Positions 15,059 through 31,859 of a stretch of 64,000 bases of DNA are shown here, in pieces. Each line of letters begins with the position of its first letter. Within the stretch, counting starts at the first letter, position 1. The stretch is from Eledone cirrhosa. Taxonomy: Eukaryota. The position numbers and the translations under genes were made by a program. The stretch covers positions 69,936,001 through 70,000,000 of the forward strand of contig OZ024741.1 in assembly GCA_964016885.1 (NCBI GenBank), read 5' to 3'. The notes under the pieces are model-generated. The model saw only the letters and a program-made list of their open reading frames with translations, was not told the DNA's origin and did no database searches.

Positions 15059-15279
15059 CTACCCAAAGTGCATGTTTGTGTGTTTGAGAGAGTGTGATAA
15101 ATATAAAGGGGAGACAAAGAGACGGCGAGTTTCTCTTCTCTCCCCCCTCTCTCATTCACCCTATGTCCCTTTCTCCCCCTCTCTCTATGTATATATATAT
15201 ATAGAGTGAGAGGGAAGAGAGAGAGGGGGAGAGAGGGAGAGAGAGAGGGGGAAGAGAGAGACGGAAGAGAGAGAGAGAT

Positions 15280-15321
<42 letters not shown>

Positions 15322-15810
15322 CTTCAACATTGGCATGAATAGTCAAAACATATCCGTAAATTTGCTCATGTGTTTCCTTCGTAACTAATCTAACTGTTAT
15401 TAAAACCATGTCTCACTACGTACGTGGGCATCAGTCTGAAACAAAATCAAGATATTTAGCATTAGTCGTTTAGGCAGCATATTTAGTGGTCTGTAAAAAG
15501 AAACAGAAAAGGGAGGGAATAGAGGCGTATCCTTTTGCTCGATTGGATTGAAAGAACGGCATAAACGTGAGAAATAGTTTCCTTCTTTTTTTCTTTCCTT
15601 TTAGTAAAGTGGGGTGAGCAACGCGTTCAGGAGATCTGATCTTTCCAGCGAAGATGTTTTCAAGAGATCGAAAAGGCGTGCCGCTAAATTGCTTAAAATT
15701 CATGGTCCGTTCATTGGTCTAAGCGGCAAGTCATCCAACAGATGCTTTACATCGGCCGGCTTATGTCAACAACACCTCTACACATATACACACATGCACA
15801 CATGCACGCA

Positions 15811-15891
<81 letters not shown>

Positions 15892-16201
15892 ACACACATA
15901 CAAACACACACAGACACACACAAACATACAGACACACACAAACATACAGACACACACACACACACACACAGACGCACATACAAGCACCCACACTCACACC
16001 ACACGCACATACAAGCACACAGTCATACACTCACATAGAGAGATAGTGAGCTAGATGTACGTATGTATATATGTTTATGTATATAAATCCTTTTATTTTT
16101 CTACCGGTTTCAGTTATTAGACTGTGGCCATGCTGGAGCACTGCCTCGATATATTTCTATATACATATATATATATATACATATACATATACATACACAC
16201 G

Positions 16202-16235
<34 letters not shown>

Positions 16236-16847
16236 CGCAAATATACACACACACACATATAGAAATATGTGTGTTCAAATATGCACACATATATATATAA
16301 GCATCTCTCTCTCTCTTTCTTTCTCTTTCTATATATCTATATCTATATATATATATATATATCCACATACATACCGACACACACACACACATACAAACAC
16401 ACACACGAACACACAAACGGAAATACACCTTGAAATGATATCGGTTTCACAATTAAAAACAAAAATCAACAACAACCACATACACAGAAAAAAAAGAAGA
16501 AAAAAAAAACAAAAAAAAGACCGCTAACCTCTAAGAAGCCATTCCTCGTTCCTGATATACTTATCCGCTTGAAGCACTTGCAACCAAGTGGAAACTTCAG
16601 CTCAGCGGAAACTCATTCACACCGACCAAGTCCACGACTTTCTACAGTAATCACCGCTACCATCTGTCAGAAAAGCTATATTCAGATCTTTCTCCTCACT
16701 GGAATACAGCTACACCGAACAAACCCTGTGTTTTTACCATATACACTGACTCCATGAGAAACACCTTTAAAAAGCATTTGTAGTTAGTTAGTGTGTATAC
16801 CAACCGCATTTACAACCACCATAGCATGAGTTCCATTAAAATCGGTT

Positions 16848-16879
<32 letters not shown>

Positions 16880-16941
16880 TGTATATGTGTGTGTGTGTGT
16901 GAATATTACATATATATATATATATAAATATATATATAAAT

Positions 16942-17010
<69 letters not shown>

Positions 17011-17061
17011 TATATATATATACATAAATATATATATATATATATATATAAATATATATAC

Positions 17062-17100
<39 letters not shown>

Positions 17101-17121
17101 TATATATATAAATATATATAC

Positions 17122-17156
<35 letters not shown>

Positions 17157-17209
17157 TATATACATAAATATATATATATACATATATATATATAAATATA
17201 TATATAAAT

Positions 17210-17247
<38 letters not shown>

Positions 17248-17375
17248 AAATATATATATATAAATATATATATACATAAATATATATATATAAATATATA
17301 TATACATAAATATATATATATATATACATAAATATATATATATAAATATATATATACATAAATATATATATATAA

Positions 17376-17408
<33 letters not shown>

Positions 17409-17510
17409 CATAAATATATATATATATATATACATAAATATATATATATATATATATAAATATATATATATAAATATATATACATAAATATATATATGTA
17501 TATATAAATG

Positions 17511-17562
<52 letters not shown>

Positions 17563-17617
17563 AATATATATATATAAATGTATATTTATATATATATATA
17601 TATATATATACATACAT

Positions 17618-17663
<46 letters not shown>

Positions 17664-17685
17664 ATATATATATATATATATACAT

Positions 17686-17747
<62 letters not shown>

Positions 17748-17769
17748 GTATATTTATATATATATATAT

Positions 17770-17826
<57 letters not shown>

Positions 17827-18119
17827 GATATATAAATATACACTATGAAAACAAGAGTTGCATTTTTGTACCCAAGAAAAGCCTCTTCACCGCAATGACC
17901 GGAGATGTCACCGTAGTTCGGAGGGCATCAGCATTATTAAGGGCCACATCAACACATGTAAGCAAAACCATTATTGCCACCAGCCTCCCCGTCACCACTA
18001 CCATCATTATCAACATGATCACCATCAGCAACATCAACATCCTTATCACTACAATCATCACCAACATTACAACCAATATCATCATTTTCACTACCACCTC
18101 GTAAACACAATCGTCACCA

Positions 18120-19070
18120 CAACCACTATCACCAACATTACCATGATCCTCACCACTACCACCTCACCACCACCACCACCACCACCACCACCACCACCAC
18201 AACCACTATCACCAACATTACCATGATCCTCACCACTACCACCTCACCGACACCACCACCACCACCACCACCACCACCACCACCACCACAACCACTATCA
18301 CCAACATTACCATGATCCTCACCACTACCACCTCACCGACACCACCACCACCACCACCACCACCACCACAACCACTATCACCAACATTACCATGATCCTC
18401 ACCACTACCACCTCACCGACACCACCACCACCACCACCACCACCACCACCACCACCACCACAGCCACTATCACCAACATTACCATGATCCTCACCACTAC
18501 CACCTCACCGACACCACCACCACCACCACCACCACCAACATTACCATGATCCTCACCACTACCACCTCACCACCACCACCACCACCACCACCACCACCAC
18601 CACCACTATCACCAACATTACCATGATCCTCACCACCACCACCACCACCACCACCACCACCACCACCACCACAACCATTATCACCAACATTACCATGATC
18701 CTCACCACCACCACCACCACCACCACCACCACAACCATTATCACCAACATTACCATGATCCTCACCACTACCACCTCACCGACACCACCACCACCACCAC
18801 CACCACCACCACAACCACTATCACCAACATTACCATGATCCTCACCACTACCACCTCACCGACACCACCACCACCACCACCACCACCACCACCACAGCCA
18901 CTATCACCAACATTACCATGATCCTCACCACTACCACCTCACCGACACCACCACCACCACCACCACAACCACCACCACCACCACCACCACCGCCGCCACC
19001 ATCACCACAACCACTATCACCAACATTACCATGATCCTCACCACTACCACCTCACCGACACCACCACCAA
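18120..19070 (+). repeat. Compound minisatellite with variable (ACC)n
   Basis: Unit ACCACTATCACCAACATTACCATGATCCTCACCACTACCACCTCACC plus (ACC)n, roughly 13 units. Confidence 0.9.
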
Positions 19071-20031
19071 ATCTCCGCTATCAACATTACAACCAATATC
19101 ATCATCACCATTACCACCACCACCACCACCACCACTATAACGAACAATATCATCATCAACATCACTGTCACTTCATCGATACCATCGCCCCCCCCCCCAC
19201 TACCACCACCACCACTATAACTAACAATACCATCATCACCATCACTGCCACATCACTTTCTGTGTGTGTATGTATATATTTCTATTGGCAGTAAGTCCAA
19301 CACGGCGTATTTTCATAATTGTTTCTACTTTAGGCACAAGGCCAGCAAATACCCAGTACATTACTGGTACTTTATTTTATCAACCCCATAAGAACGAAAG
19401 GCAAAGTTAACCTCGGTGGGATTTGAACTCAGACTGTAAAGGGACGTAACTATATAATAGGAGTGTATATGAAAGCATATACAAGACATTTATGTATAAT
19501 AACCATATATAAATCTGGCCATGGGTGTTTAAAACTGTGATCATGTCACAGCTACACCAGCTTTCGTGTGAAGAGCAGGCACCAGTGTCTCGGGATATTT
19601 TGTTCATCATATTCCTATTTCTAGCTTAAGACCGTAATTGTTAAAAAAAGAAATCTAGAATTCGTCACTAAGTGGATAAAATTTAGAATTAAAAAATCAG
19701 AAATAGACTAACAGTTTCTACATGCTTTTCTATGAATCAAGCGACGATCTGGTAACTTAAAACCCTAGCCAGTTCACAAGCAGCAACGCCAATTGGAATA
19801 ACTACCTCCCGCACGTATAAGAACTGCTACTTGAGAAATTCCGACATATGCTTACTGGTCGGTGAATTAAATAACACGTATGGCCAGGAATATATCAATG
19901 GAACTTTACATCTCTTTTGGATATTTGTCTGAAGAGAACACATAGGGCAGTTGTTATACAACTACCTTACGTCTTTGAAATACGTATAACATAATAAATA
20001 GGGATGTACGAACGTAACCTTCTTTCTTGTT

Positions 20032-20082
<51 letters not shown>

Positions 20083-20084
<2 letters not shown>

Positions 20085-20927
20085 TATAACTGAATATAAA
20101 AGAAAAACGAAGACAGACATATACATATATGTGTTCAAATCGTAAGGGACCTGATTCGCTAAGGTGAAAAGAATACTAACTATAGACATTGGGATTGCTT
20201 GTCTCAATTTAAGAAAAAATTAAGAAAATAAATACAAACCGGAATTGTGGTAACTACCAATCACCCAGACAACTTGGTGTTGTTTCGCAATATTAATTGT
20301 GAATAGAAATACCAATTCAAGCTCATCAGTGGGTGATGAATTAGTATCCTAGACACTTCTAAGTATATTAAGAAACTAAATAGTGTGCTATATAAAACAG
20401 CGCACATGGCAACCTAGCGCGTCTCACAAGCTTACACCACTAAAAATAGCAGCCAGGTTTATTCGACATTTGAAATAGCTCAACAAATTAACGGAGCCGA
20501 ATATATCAAAGGTATATATTGAGTTAGGAACTCAAAATAGTCTCTTACAACAAAATAGCTCTAAGAAGGAGATATTTCCGAGCCGTATATTATAATAGAA
20601 TATAAAAGAAAAACGAACACAGATATATACATTTGGTAATTCTATTCACAATTAATATTGCGAAACAACACCAAGTTGTCTGGGTGATTGGTAGTTACCA
20701 CAATTCCGGTTTGTATTTATTTTCTTAATTTTTTCTTAAATTGAGACAAGCAAACCCAATGTCTATAGTTAGTATTCTTTTCACCTTAGCGAATCAGGTC
20801 CCTTACGATTTGAACACATATATGTATATGTCTGTCTTCGTTTTTCTTTTATATTCTATTATAATATACGGCTCGGAAATATCTCTTTCTTAGAGCTATT
20901 TTGAGTTCCTAACTCAATATATACCTT

Positions 20928-20932
<5 letters not shown>
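20083..20932. mobile_element. Palindromic HHR element, family D
   Basis: 20093-20316 is inverted at 20633-20856; the tail 20857-20930 is also present inverted at 20500-20598; TA flanks. Confidence 0.85.
20260..20337 (-). ncRNA. Type I hammerhead ribozyme (family D)
   Basis: AUCACCCA-CUGAUGA-GC..stem II..GC-GAAA-CAAC(ACCAA)GUUG-UC^UGGGUGAU: 8-bp helix I, canonical core, GUC site. Confidence 0.9.
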
Positions 20933-20974
<42 letters not shown>

Positions 20975-21191
20975 AAAGGTAAACAAAAATAACAACACAA
21001 TCGGTACAGTATGTGGAAGGAATATATCAGGTTAACGATTGAAATAGCCACTCCATCATCAGAAGAAAGAATGAGAAATTAGAAAGATTGAACTGACGGG
21101 TGGGGCGGAAGCGGAATCGGAAAAAAATGTTTTTAGAGAAAAATAACAGGTCCATTCATATTGCCATCTCTTATATATATTACACACACAG

Positions 21192-21275
<84 letters not shown>

Positions 21276-21606
21276 TGGCGGCTGCAAACTCTACTAAGAG
21301 TATTGCAATAGCTTGCCAGATTATAGAAAATGGTGCACCTTTAGTCTACGGCCAGCCACTCGAATCTGTAACATGTCCTGAACAAGCAATGCCTGTGCTT
21401 TGAAGGTTTTTTTTAGTGGGTAAAGGCCTTGCACTCGACCAATCCCACTCTCTGAGCATCAAAAACACTACCCGAAAAGGAGAACTGGTCAACATTATCG
21501 GATGCTTCTGAAGCCGCAGGTTTCTTTTTTCAGAGGTTCCATCTCCTAGAAAGGTGTTGTGACAACAACTAGGGGCCTTTCACTCCCTGGAGAAAAAAAC
21601 AAAAAC

Positions 21607-21647
<41 letters not shown>

Positions 21648-21650
<3 letters not shown>

Positions 21651-22180
21651 TATATAGTTGTTATATAGTAAGGTGTATTATTGGTTGTGTCATACGGTCC
21701 AATAAACTTTTGTTAGCAATATTAAGTTCTCCACGCTTTTGTATATCTCCAATTCCATTTATGGGAACAGCTAGATGATGTAAAACGGAGTATTTGTATC
21801 AAAAGGAAGATCCGAAGGCATGGTATAAATTTCCAATCATTTTAATCACGACACATGTTTCAATAAGAGATAGATCGATTGTGTAGCCATGATCGATTAT
21901 CACTGATCTCGTCAGGTGAAAATGAATTATCTTCAAATCCTTGATATGAGGGAGAAAATTTAACGATGTTCACTCACTAGAGTTTTGTCCCCCATACTCT
22001 AGTGAGTGAACATCGTTAAATTTTCTCCCTCATATCAAGGATTTGAAGACAATTCATTTTCACCTGACGAGATCAGTGATAATCGATCATGGCCGCACGA
22101 TCGATCTATCTCTTATTGAAACATGTGTCGTGATTAAAATGATTGGAAATTTATACCATGCCTTCGGATCTTTTTGATAT
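21648..22180. mobile_element. Palindromic HHR element, family E
   Basis: Arms ~21797-21983 and ~21996-22180; extra tail on the left; TA flanks. Confidence 0.85.
22060..22133 (+). ncRNA. Hammerhead ribozyme (family E), mirror copy at 21846-21919 (-)
   Basis: UCAC-CUGACGA-long stem II-GAAA-C(AUGU)G-UC^GUGA. Confidence 0.8.
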
Positions 22181-22243
22181 ATGAATATATATATATATGT
22201 GTATATACATATATGTATATACATATATGTATATACATATATG

Positions 22244-22280
<37 letters not shown>

Positions 22281-22614
22281 ATTTAATATAGAAATGGCTT
22301 CTACGGAACTAGAACTGTTTCATTCATGTATTAAGTTCTTTACTTACTGTGGTTACCTCCATTGAACCCGGGATACACACACACACACACACACACATAT
22401 ATATGTATATATATATATATGTATAAACATATACATATGAGTATATATATATGTGTATGTATGTATATGTATATGTATAAACATATACATATGAGTACAT
22501 ATATATATATACATACATATATATATATGTACTCATATGAATATGTTTATACATATACATATACATACATACACATATATATATAGATATATACTCATAT
22601 GTATATGTTTAAAC

Positions 22615-22673
<59 letters not shown>

Positions 22674-22711
22674 CATATATATAGTGTGTGTGTGTATATC
22701 TGTGTATAAAC

Positions 22712-22744
<33 letters not shown>

Positions 22745-23396
22745 TATATATATGTATGTATGTATGTATATATATATATGTATACATATGTCAGGTCACC
22801 AGTTGGTGCTACTGGTAACATGTATCCCAGTACAACCTGTCTCATGGTCGGGTCCTTGGCGACTAAACTGGCAACTCCACCAAGGTTTCTTGGTGAGGAA
22901 GGTGACTTTGGACATCCTGCAGGACTAAAACCAAAACCTGTCAAAGGGAAAAGGAGCTCTTAAGAGTCAATGGCCATCCAAAATCACCGGGAGAGATGAC
23001 CCCTTAGCCTTTGTCAAGGCAGAATTCTAGGAGAAGGAACACTCTGATATAACACCTGCAACTCTGATGGTATCCAATGATGTTGACTTGTTCTTCTTTT
23101 TGGTAAATATCATCTTGGTTAAGAGAGTGGGACTGGCTTTGTGCAGTGCCTTTGCTCACTATAAAAGCTTCACGGCACAGGCATTGCTTTATAACTGGAG
23201 ATCTCTGCACTTGTCGTCACATGGTACCATGGGCCCAGCACTATGTGTCAATAATTGTCACAAGTGTAGTGTTTGTACCAGAGTTTTCAAGTCGCTGGCT
23301 GGACTAAAAAGTCACACTTGTTTAGCGCATCGGTAGAAGTTCTCCTACATGGATATACAGTAGTGGCCGTACTCGAAAACGAGTTGGCAGCCACCA

Positions 23397-25286
<1,890 letters not shown>

Positions 25287-25679
25287 AAAGGATTCTCTCT
25301 CTGTCACAGAGTAAAAGAGGGAAAAAAGCGAGAAGGGGGGAGAGAATGTGTCCTTTTATCTTTACTGTTGGGACATAGGGAGTGTGGAGTGAAGGAGTGA
25401 AGGAGTTGGAAAGTAAAGGAAGTAATACACCTAGAGTTGAGATGAAGGTAATTTTGTTGATAATCTAAACGATATTAGATTATCAAAGGCTGAACCGTTT
25501 TGATAAGATTCTTTGCTTCAATTCTATTTTTATTACTTCTTTTAATATATAAATGTGAGTGGTTGTATGTTTATTCGTGCGCGTGTGTATTCACGTGTGT
25601 GTTTGTGTGATTGAATATGTATGTCTGTATGCACACACACACACACACACACACACGCACGCACGCACGCACGCACACG

Positions 25680-25715
<36 letters not shown>

Positions 25716-25894
25716 GATGAGATTCTACAGGACTAGAACTGTTTCATTCTTTAGAAATCATCAGGAATGATGATTTCTAAAGAATGAAACAGTTCTAGTC
25801 CTGTAGAATCTCATCTATATTAAAACTTTTATACTCTGCTATGTATTGAGTACCTTATATACTGTGGTTACCTCCTATTCAACCCGGAATAACT

Positions 25895-25900
<6 letters not shown>
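25716..25900. mobile_element. Palindromic HHR element, family C (relatives at ~8135-8200, 14825-14968, 22283-22374, 43910-44038, 60805-60990)
   Basis: Shared GAATGAAACAGTTCTAGTCCTGTAGAA core and ACTGTGGTTACCTCC..AACCCGG tail. Confidence 0.8.
25722..25768 (-). ncRNA. Hammerhead ribozyme (family C)
   Basis: AUUC-CUGAUGA-UUUC(UAAA)GAAU-GAAA-CAG(UUCUAGUC)CUG-UA^GAAU. The plus-strand mirror copy starting at 25768 lacks C3. Confidence 0.75.
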
Positions 25901-25949
<49 letters not shown>

Positions 25950-25954
<5 letters not shown>

Positions 25955-28583
25955 ATATTTGGGGAGGGTCATATTTGCGTAATATTGCCAGAATTAATAA
26001 CAGAACACACTCACTGTTTGGTTGGTTTTCGCTTCTCGCTGTCTTTTATATATATATATCTGCGATCTAACTTACTCGGTCCTCAATGTTGCCATTGACT
26101 GACCGGCGGTCAAAAATAATGCAGATACAATATAGACAAACACATATATATATAGTTTACATAAATCTTTCGTTGCACATCTGCAACATCGTCAGTGGTG
26201 TTATATTCATTGTTCCTCCTGTTGTGTTGTATGTCTACGCCATTTTTTTTTTTGTTCAGTCTGTCTATATATTTATTTATTTATTTGCTTGTCTGTTTAT
26301 CTTATTTTATTTTGTCTTCTTTGCGCATGCGTTTGCGTGTGTGTATAGTGTTATGTGTGATGTGTGACTAGTGTGTATAGTGTTGTGTCTGCTGGGTGAC
26401 TAGTGTGTGTTTATGTGCTTGTGTATGTATTTATTTATCTTATTTTATTTAATTTAATTTACTTATTTATTTATACTTCTCTTAGGTCAGTGTTGTTTGT
26501 TTGGGTGTTGTTGTTGTTCCACTCATTCTTTCTGTTTAGCTTTGGTCTTCTAATTTCTATTTCACTGGCCTCTCTGATTTGCCTATCTGCTGGGTCATTC
26601 CTATGTTTAGATATTATTCTAATTTCTATGTTGTCTATGTTACCGTCATGATGTTGTCTAGCATGTTCGTATAGTACTGACCCGTTTTTTCGTCCTTTTA
26701 GTTCCCCCCAGTGTTGGTCTATCCTTTCACCTATGCTACGAGCTGTCTCACCTATGTATGTTGTTGTCGTGTTTCTGCAAGTACCCTCTGTACATCTTAT
26801 GCTATAGACTACGTTTCTAGTTTTACAGTTTATCCGGGGGTTCACCTTACATATGATACATTTCCTATTGGTACAGTGGGTTTTCTTAAAAGGGTAGGTT
26901 TTGCTGATCAGGGATTTTATGGTGGTTCCTGGCTTTTCTACCACCTTTATTTTTAAGTGGGTCTTTCTCAGGGCCTTTCTACACTGGTTAGCTAATTTCC
27001 CTCCAGGGGTGGCGTCCACAAACATGACACTCTGATATCTCTGGTTGTCGTACCATGATGTGGCCTTCCCTATCTTATGTCTAGCCCTATCTAAGCTATT
27101 CCATGATTTGCTCCTGTATAGTGGGCAAATTCCTTTCATGTCCAGTTCTATGAGGGTCTTATACTTTTCCATGGCTCCTTCGTATACTCTGACTCTGTCT
27201 CTTTGGTTGTAGCCAGAGAACTGCATGCGGTTGATGAAGTGTTGGATGTGTCCTTCCATTTCTGTTGGGTCGCACATGCTGGACACATTCTTCATCACTC
27301 GTACCAAATCTGCGATCAGAATATTAAACTTAGCACTACTGGACATTGCTGAGTTTTTGAGTATCAGGTATTTGGAGGCCATGGGTTTAGCATAGTGTGA
27401 GTGGAGAATTTGGGCTCTCTCGTCTATAGTGTTAATCCAGAGTTCTGTGTCTAATACAGGTAGTCTATTGTTAGGGTGTTTGGAAGGGAAGTCTATAGTT
27501 ACAGTTATACTCTGGTGTATGGAATTAGCTATCTGCTGGATGCTTTCCATCGTGCTACGTTCTAAATCAAACTTGTTAGTGCTCTCTAGTGGGGGTGTTC
27601 TTATAACTATATTGATATCGTCTACATAACGAGAGTACATGATGAGGTCTATGGAGCTTTCATTAAGGAGATCTTTAAGTCTCCTTTCCCACCATACCAT
27701 GAAAAGGTTGGCAACATCGCCAGCTATGCTGACGCCGATGGCTGCTCCCTCATTTTGGGTGTAGATTTTCTCATTGAACTTAAATATGTGGCCCTTTAGG
27801 GTAGTTTTGATACTAGCCCCTATTGCATGTGCGACCATTTTTCTTACCTGATCAGTGTTTTGGGGGGTCCGTATAGCTTTGGTCCACCCAATCCACCTTC
27901 CTATGGGAGTCTTTTTAGCCATTGAGGTTATGGTGGGAGGTCTACCTCTTATAGGTCTACTAGGGCAGAAACATCTAAGGTCATGGCTGTCTAGGTAGTC
28001 AGTGTCGTAGGTAAGTCTAAGTAGGAGGCCCAGTTCGTCTGTGTCGACGTCGCAGAACTCCACCTCACTCTCAATGATCATCTCCACACATCTTTTCACA
28101 GCAAAATCAATGTTAATGGATGGGTACAGTGACACCACATCCATACTGCCTATTATGCAGTTGGATAGGTTCCTGTTTTTGTTGCACTCACTGATTCTGC
28201 TGAGGAGGTCCTCTGTACTGTCACATACATCTGGGGACATCTTGATTATGGGGCGTATAACCATTGAGAGGAAGTAGGAGATCCTGTAGTTGCTAGCTAT
28301 ATTAGCTCCGCATACAGGTCTTGTTGGTGGTCCTGTTGTCGGGTCGTCGACTGTCTTGTGGTCTTTGCGGAGCCCATACAAGGGTGGTATGCCATTGTTA
28401 GACGCCTGGAAGTTGTTGGCAGTGCGTCTGCTTGGCTTTAGGATGTCAGTCCACATCATCATGTGAGCGTTGAGGATTTTTTCTCTCCCATCGTGTGTTA
28501 GTTGTGCAACTTCGCTCGTGTTGGTGATGTGGGGTTGCATTGCCTCGATGTAGTTCGGCATGCTATGTACTAATTCATCGCCG

Positions 28584-28584
<1 letters not shown>
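25950..28584 (-). mobile_element. Penelope-like element family A, 5'-truncated copy with inverted 16-nt 3' tip at its 5' junction
   Basis: Same sequence family as 625-2160, flanked by (TA)n on both sides; 28569-28584 equals 2145-2160 in the opposite orientation to the ORF. Confidence 0.93.
26471..28568 (-). CDS. PLE reverse transcriptase plus GIY-YIG endonuclease, uninterrupted but lacking its N-terminus
   Basis: LYGLRKDHK, RPVCG, SMDVVSLYPSI, Q..GAAIG, RYVDD, LPVLD, then the GIY-YIG domain. The first ~30 aa of the track ORF are flank, TA repeat and the inverted tip. Confidence 0.9.
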
Positions 28585-28627
<43 letters not shown>

Positions 28628-28798
28628 GTGGTTGACGGCTGAGAAAAAGAAGTACACAATCCTGAAGTAAAGTTTTAATATTCATTCTAAGTCTTTTTAC
28701 TCTGAAGTTTTGTCTGTTTATCACACGGCACTGTGATAAACAGATGAAGCTCCAGAGTAACGAGACTCACTATTTAGCCTTAATAAGATGAATATCTA

Positions 28799-28836
<38 letters not shown>

Positions 28837-28978
28837 TATATGGAAAAAATGAAATTTCATTTCTCACTCTTAGTACGGCTGATACTTAAATATAAGTATG
28901 TATTCGTACATACATATATGTATGTATATACATACTACTGTACGTCTGTATACATATATGTATGTACGTATACATACT

Positions 28979-29054
<76 letters not shown>

Positions 29055-29113
29055 ATGTTGATTTAAAACTGCACTATCCACAAGTGTTTTTTAACCTTCA
29101 TAGCATGTCTTCC

Positions 29114-29184
29114 TATTTTATCTGATGAAAACACAAATATTATTGCATGATGATATTTGTTTTTGAAATGCGCATAATAAAATA
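29114..29184 (+). ncRNA. Minimal type I hammerhead ribozyme (family I)
   Basis: UAUUUUAU-CUGAUGA-stem II-GAAA-U(GCGC)A-UA^AUAAAAUA: 8-bp helix I and palindromic loop III. Confidence 0.85.
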
Positions 29185-29249
29185 CATGGAACTCTTTTAA
29201 CCATCTTTTGTTCTTATATATTATATATATATATGTATATGTATATGTA

Positions 29250-29647
29250 TATATTGAAAGGATAACAAGGACGATTGGTTACTCCTTCATTACATTTATT
29301 GGTAGGTGACGCGCGTTTCGCCACTGATCAGCTCAAGGTTCGATCTGTATCGATCTTGCCCGACTAAATAATCGGCAGCTCGACGGACCCTTTAAAATGG
29401 TATAAAGGGTCCGTCGAGCTGCCGATTATTGAGTCGAGTAAGATCGATACAGATCGAACCTTGAGCTGATCAGTGGCGAAACGCGCGTCACCTACCAATA
29501 AATGTAATGAAGGAGTAACCAATCGTCCTTGTTATCCTTTCAATATATTACACTCTGTATAGCTCTACACCTCAACACAGAAGTGAACCTAAACATCGAG
29601 TGCTCACCCGGGTGAACCTGCAGTAACTCCAAGTTACACTCCCTACA
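29250..29647. mobile_element. Palindromic element, family F, with HHR 3' half (GAAACGCGCGTC)
   Basis: Arms ~29250-29394 and ~29403-29548, AATAAA after the predicted cleavage site, tail on the right; no intact CUGANGA found. Confidence 0.75.
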
Positions 29648-30606
29648 TATATATATATATGTATATATATATAGTAATTGTTTCTACTTTAGGCACAAGG
29701 CCAGCAATTACCCAGTGCATTACTGGTACTTTATTTTATCGACCCCGTATGTATATATATATAGTAATAATAATCAATTTGAAGACTAAAATCCAAGGAG
29801 AGCTCGATAAGGATAAATATATATCAAATATATAAGAACCGTAAATATATATCAAATATATAAGAACCGTAGAGCAAATATTTATTAAAATAACATTAAA
29901 GTTTAAGCAAAGAATCGCTAGTTCTTTGATTAAACTTTAATCTGCTATTTTAATAAATATATATATATTTGAAACAAAGGAATAAATGACTTCACTTGTA
30001 ATTCTAAACAATTTGATTTAATTTTATAATATTATGATTTGGTAGAAAGTTCTCCAGGAAAGTTAACCAGGAATCTTTAAAAATCTTCCCACCGAAGTTA
30101 ACAAAGAACTCACTTGATCTACAAAACCAAATTGTAAAATTATGATATTATAAAATTAAATTCCGCCGCGGTTGACTTTGCCTTTCATCCTTACGGGGTC
30201 GATAAAATAAAGTACCAGTAATGCACTGTGTAATTGCTGGCCTTGTGCCTAACGTAGAAATAATTATAAAATTAAATCAAATTGTTTAGAACTACAAGTG
30301 AAGTAATTCTTTTCCTTTTTTCAAATATACCTAAGTGTACCAAGGATCTCACACATATAGCTAAGCATATTTTACTTCCATTTTTCCAATTTACTTCAAT
30401 ATTTCAGTAAGCGACACATTAACATCTGTGTTGAAACGTTAAAACGGAATAGATCCCTGACTGAAAAACGTATATGTGTTTATATATATATATATATATA
30501 TATAGGAACGAGTAGGAACCCGACGGCTGAGCTCAAGCCGTTTCGACGGCTAATTCTGGACTTTGGTGCGTTATGGTCCACCTGGTTCCTTACCACATTT
30601 CCTTCG

Positions 30607-30884
<278 letters not shown>

Positions 30885-30948
30885 ATATATATGTATATAT
30901 ATATATATATATGTGCATATATATATATATATACCTATATATATATAC

Positions 30949-30995
<47 letters not shown>

Positions 30996-31165
30996 CATAT
31001 ATATATATGTATATATATGTATATGTATATGTATATGTATGTGTGTATATATATATGTATATATATGTATATGTATATATGTATATATATATATATATGT
31101 ATATGTGTATATATATGTATATATGTATATATGTATATATATATGTATATATGTATATATGTATA

Positions 31166-31214
<49 letters not shown>

Positions 31215-31393
31215 GTATATATATGTATATATATATGTATATATATGTATATATATATGTATATATATATGTATATATATGTATATATGTATGTATATAT
31301 ATATGTATATATATGTATATATATGTATATGTATATATATATATATGTATATATATGTATATATATATATATGTATATATATGTATATATATG

Positions 31394-31448
<55 letters not shown>

Positions 31449-31519
31449 GTATATATATATGTATATATATATATATATGTATATATATATGTATATATAT
31501 GTATATATATATATATATA

Positions 31520-31570
<51 letters not shown>

Positions 31571-31575
31571 GTATA

Positions 31576-31620
<45 letters not shown>

Positions 31621-31641
31621 ATATATATGTATATATATGTG

Positions 31642-31674
<33 letters not shown>

Positions 31675-31795
31675 GTATATGTATGTATATATGTATGTAT
31701 ATGTGTATATATATGTATATATGTGTATATATATATGTATATATATGTATATATACATGTATATATATGTATATATGTATATGTGTATATATATG

Positions 31796-31831
<36 letters not shown>

Positions 31832-31859
31832 TGTATATATATGTATATATATATATATA

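Noticed and set aside
15480-15770. Unique non-repetitive blocks (also ~43540-43680, ~45240-45420, ~56040-56280) as further Wnt exons or enhancers
   Set aside because: No Wnt motifs recognised in the frames examined, and regulatory function cannot be supported without conservation data.
28569-28657. N-terminus of the 728-aa ORF
   Set aside because: Composed of flank, TA repeat and the inverted element tip; the true start is missing.
29465-29492. CTGATCA...GAAACGCGCGTC as a complete HHR
   Set aside because: G8 is missing and there is no helix I pairing.
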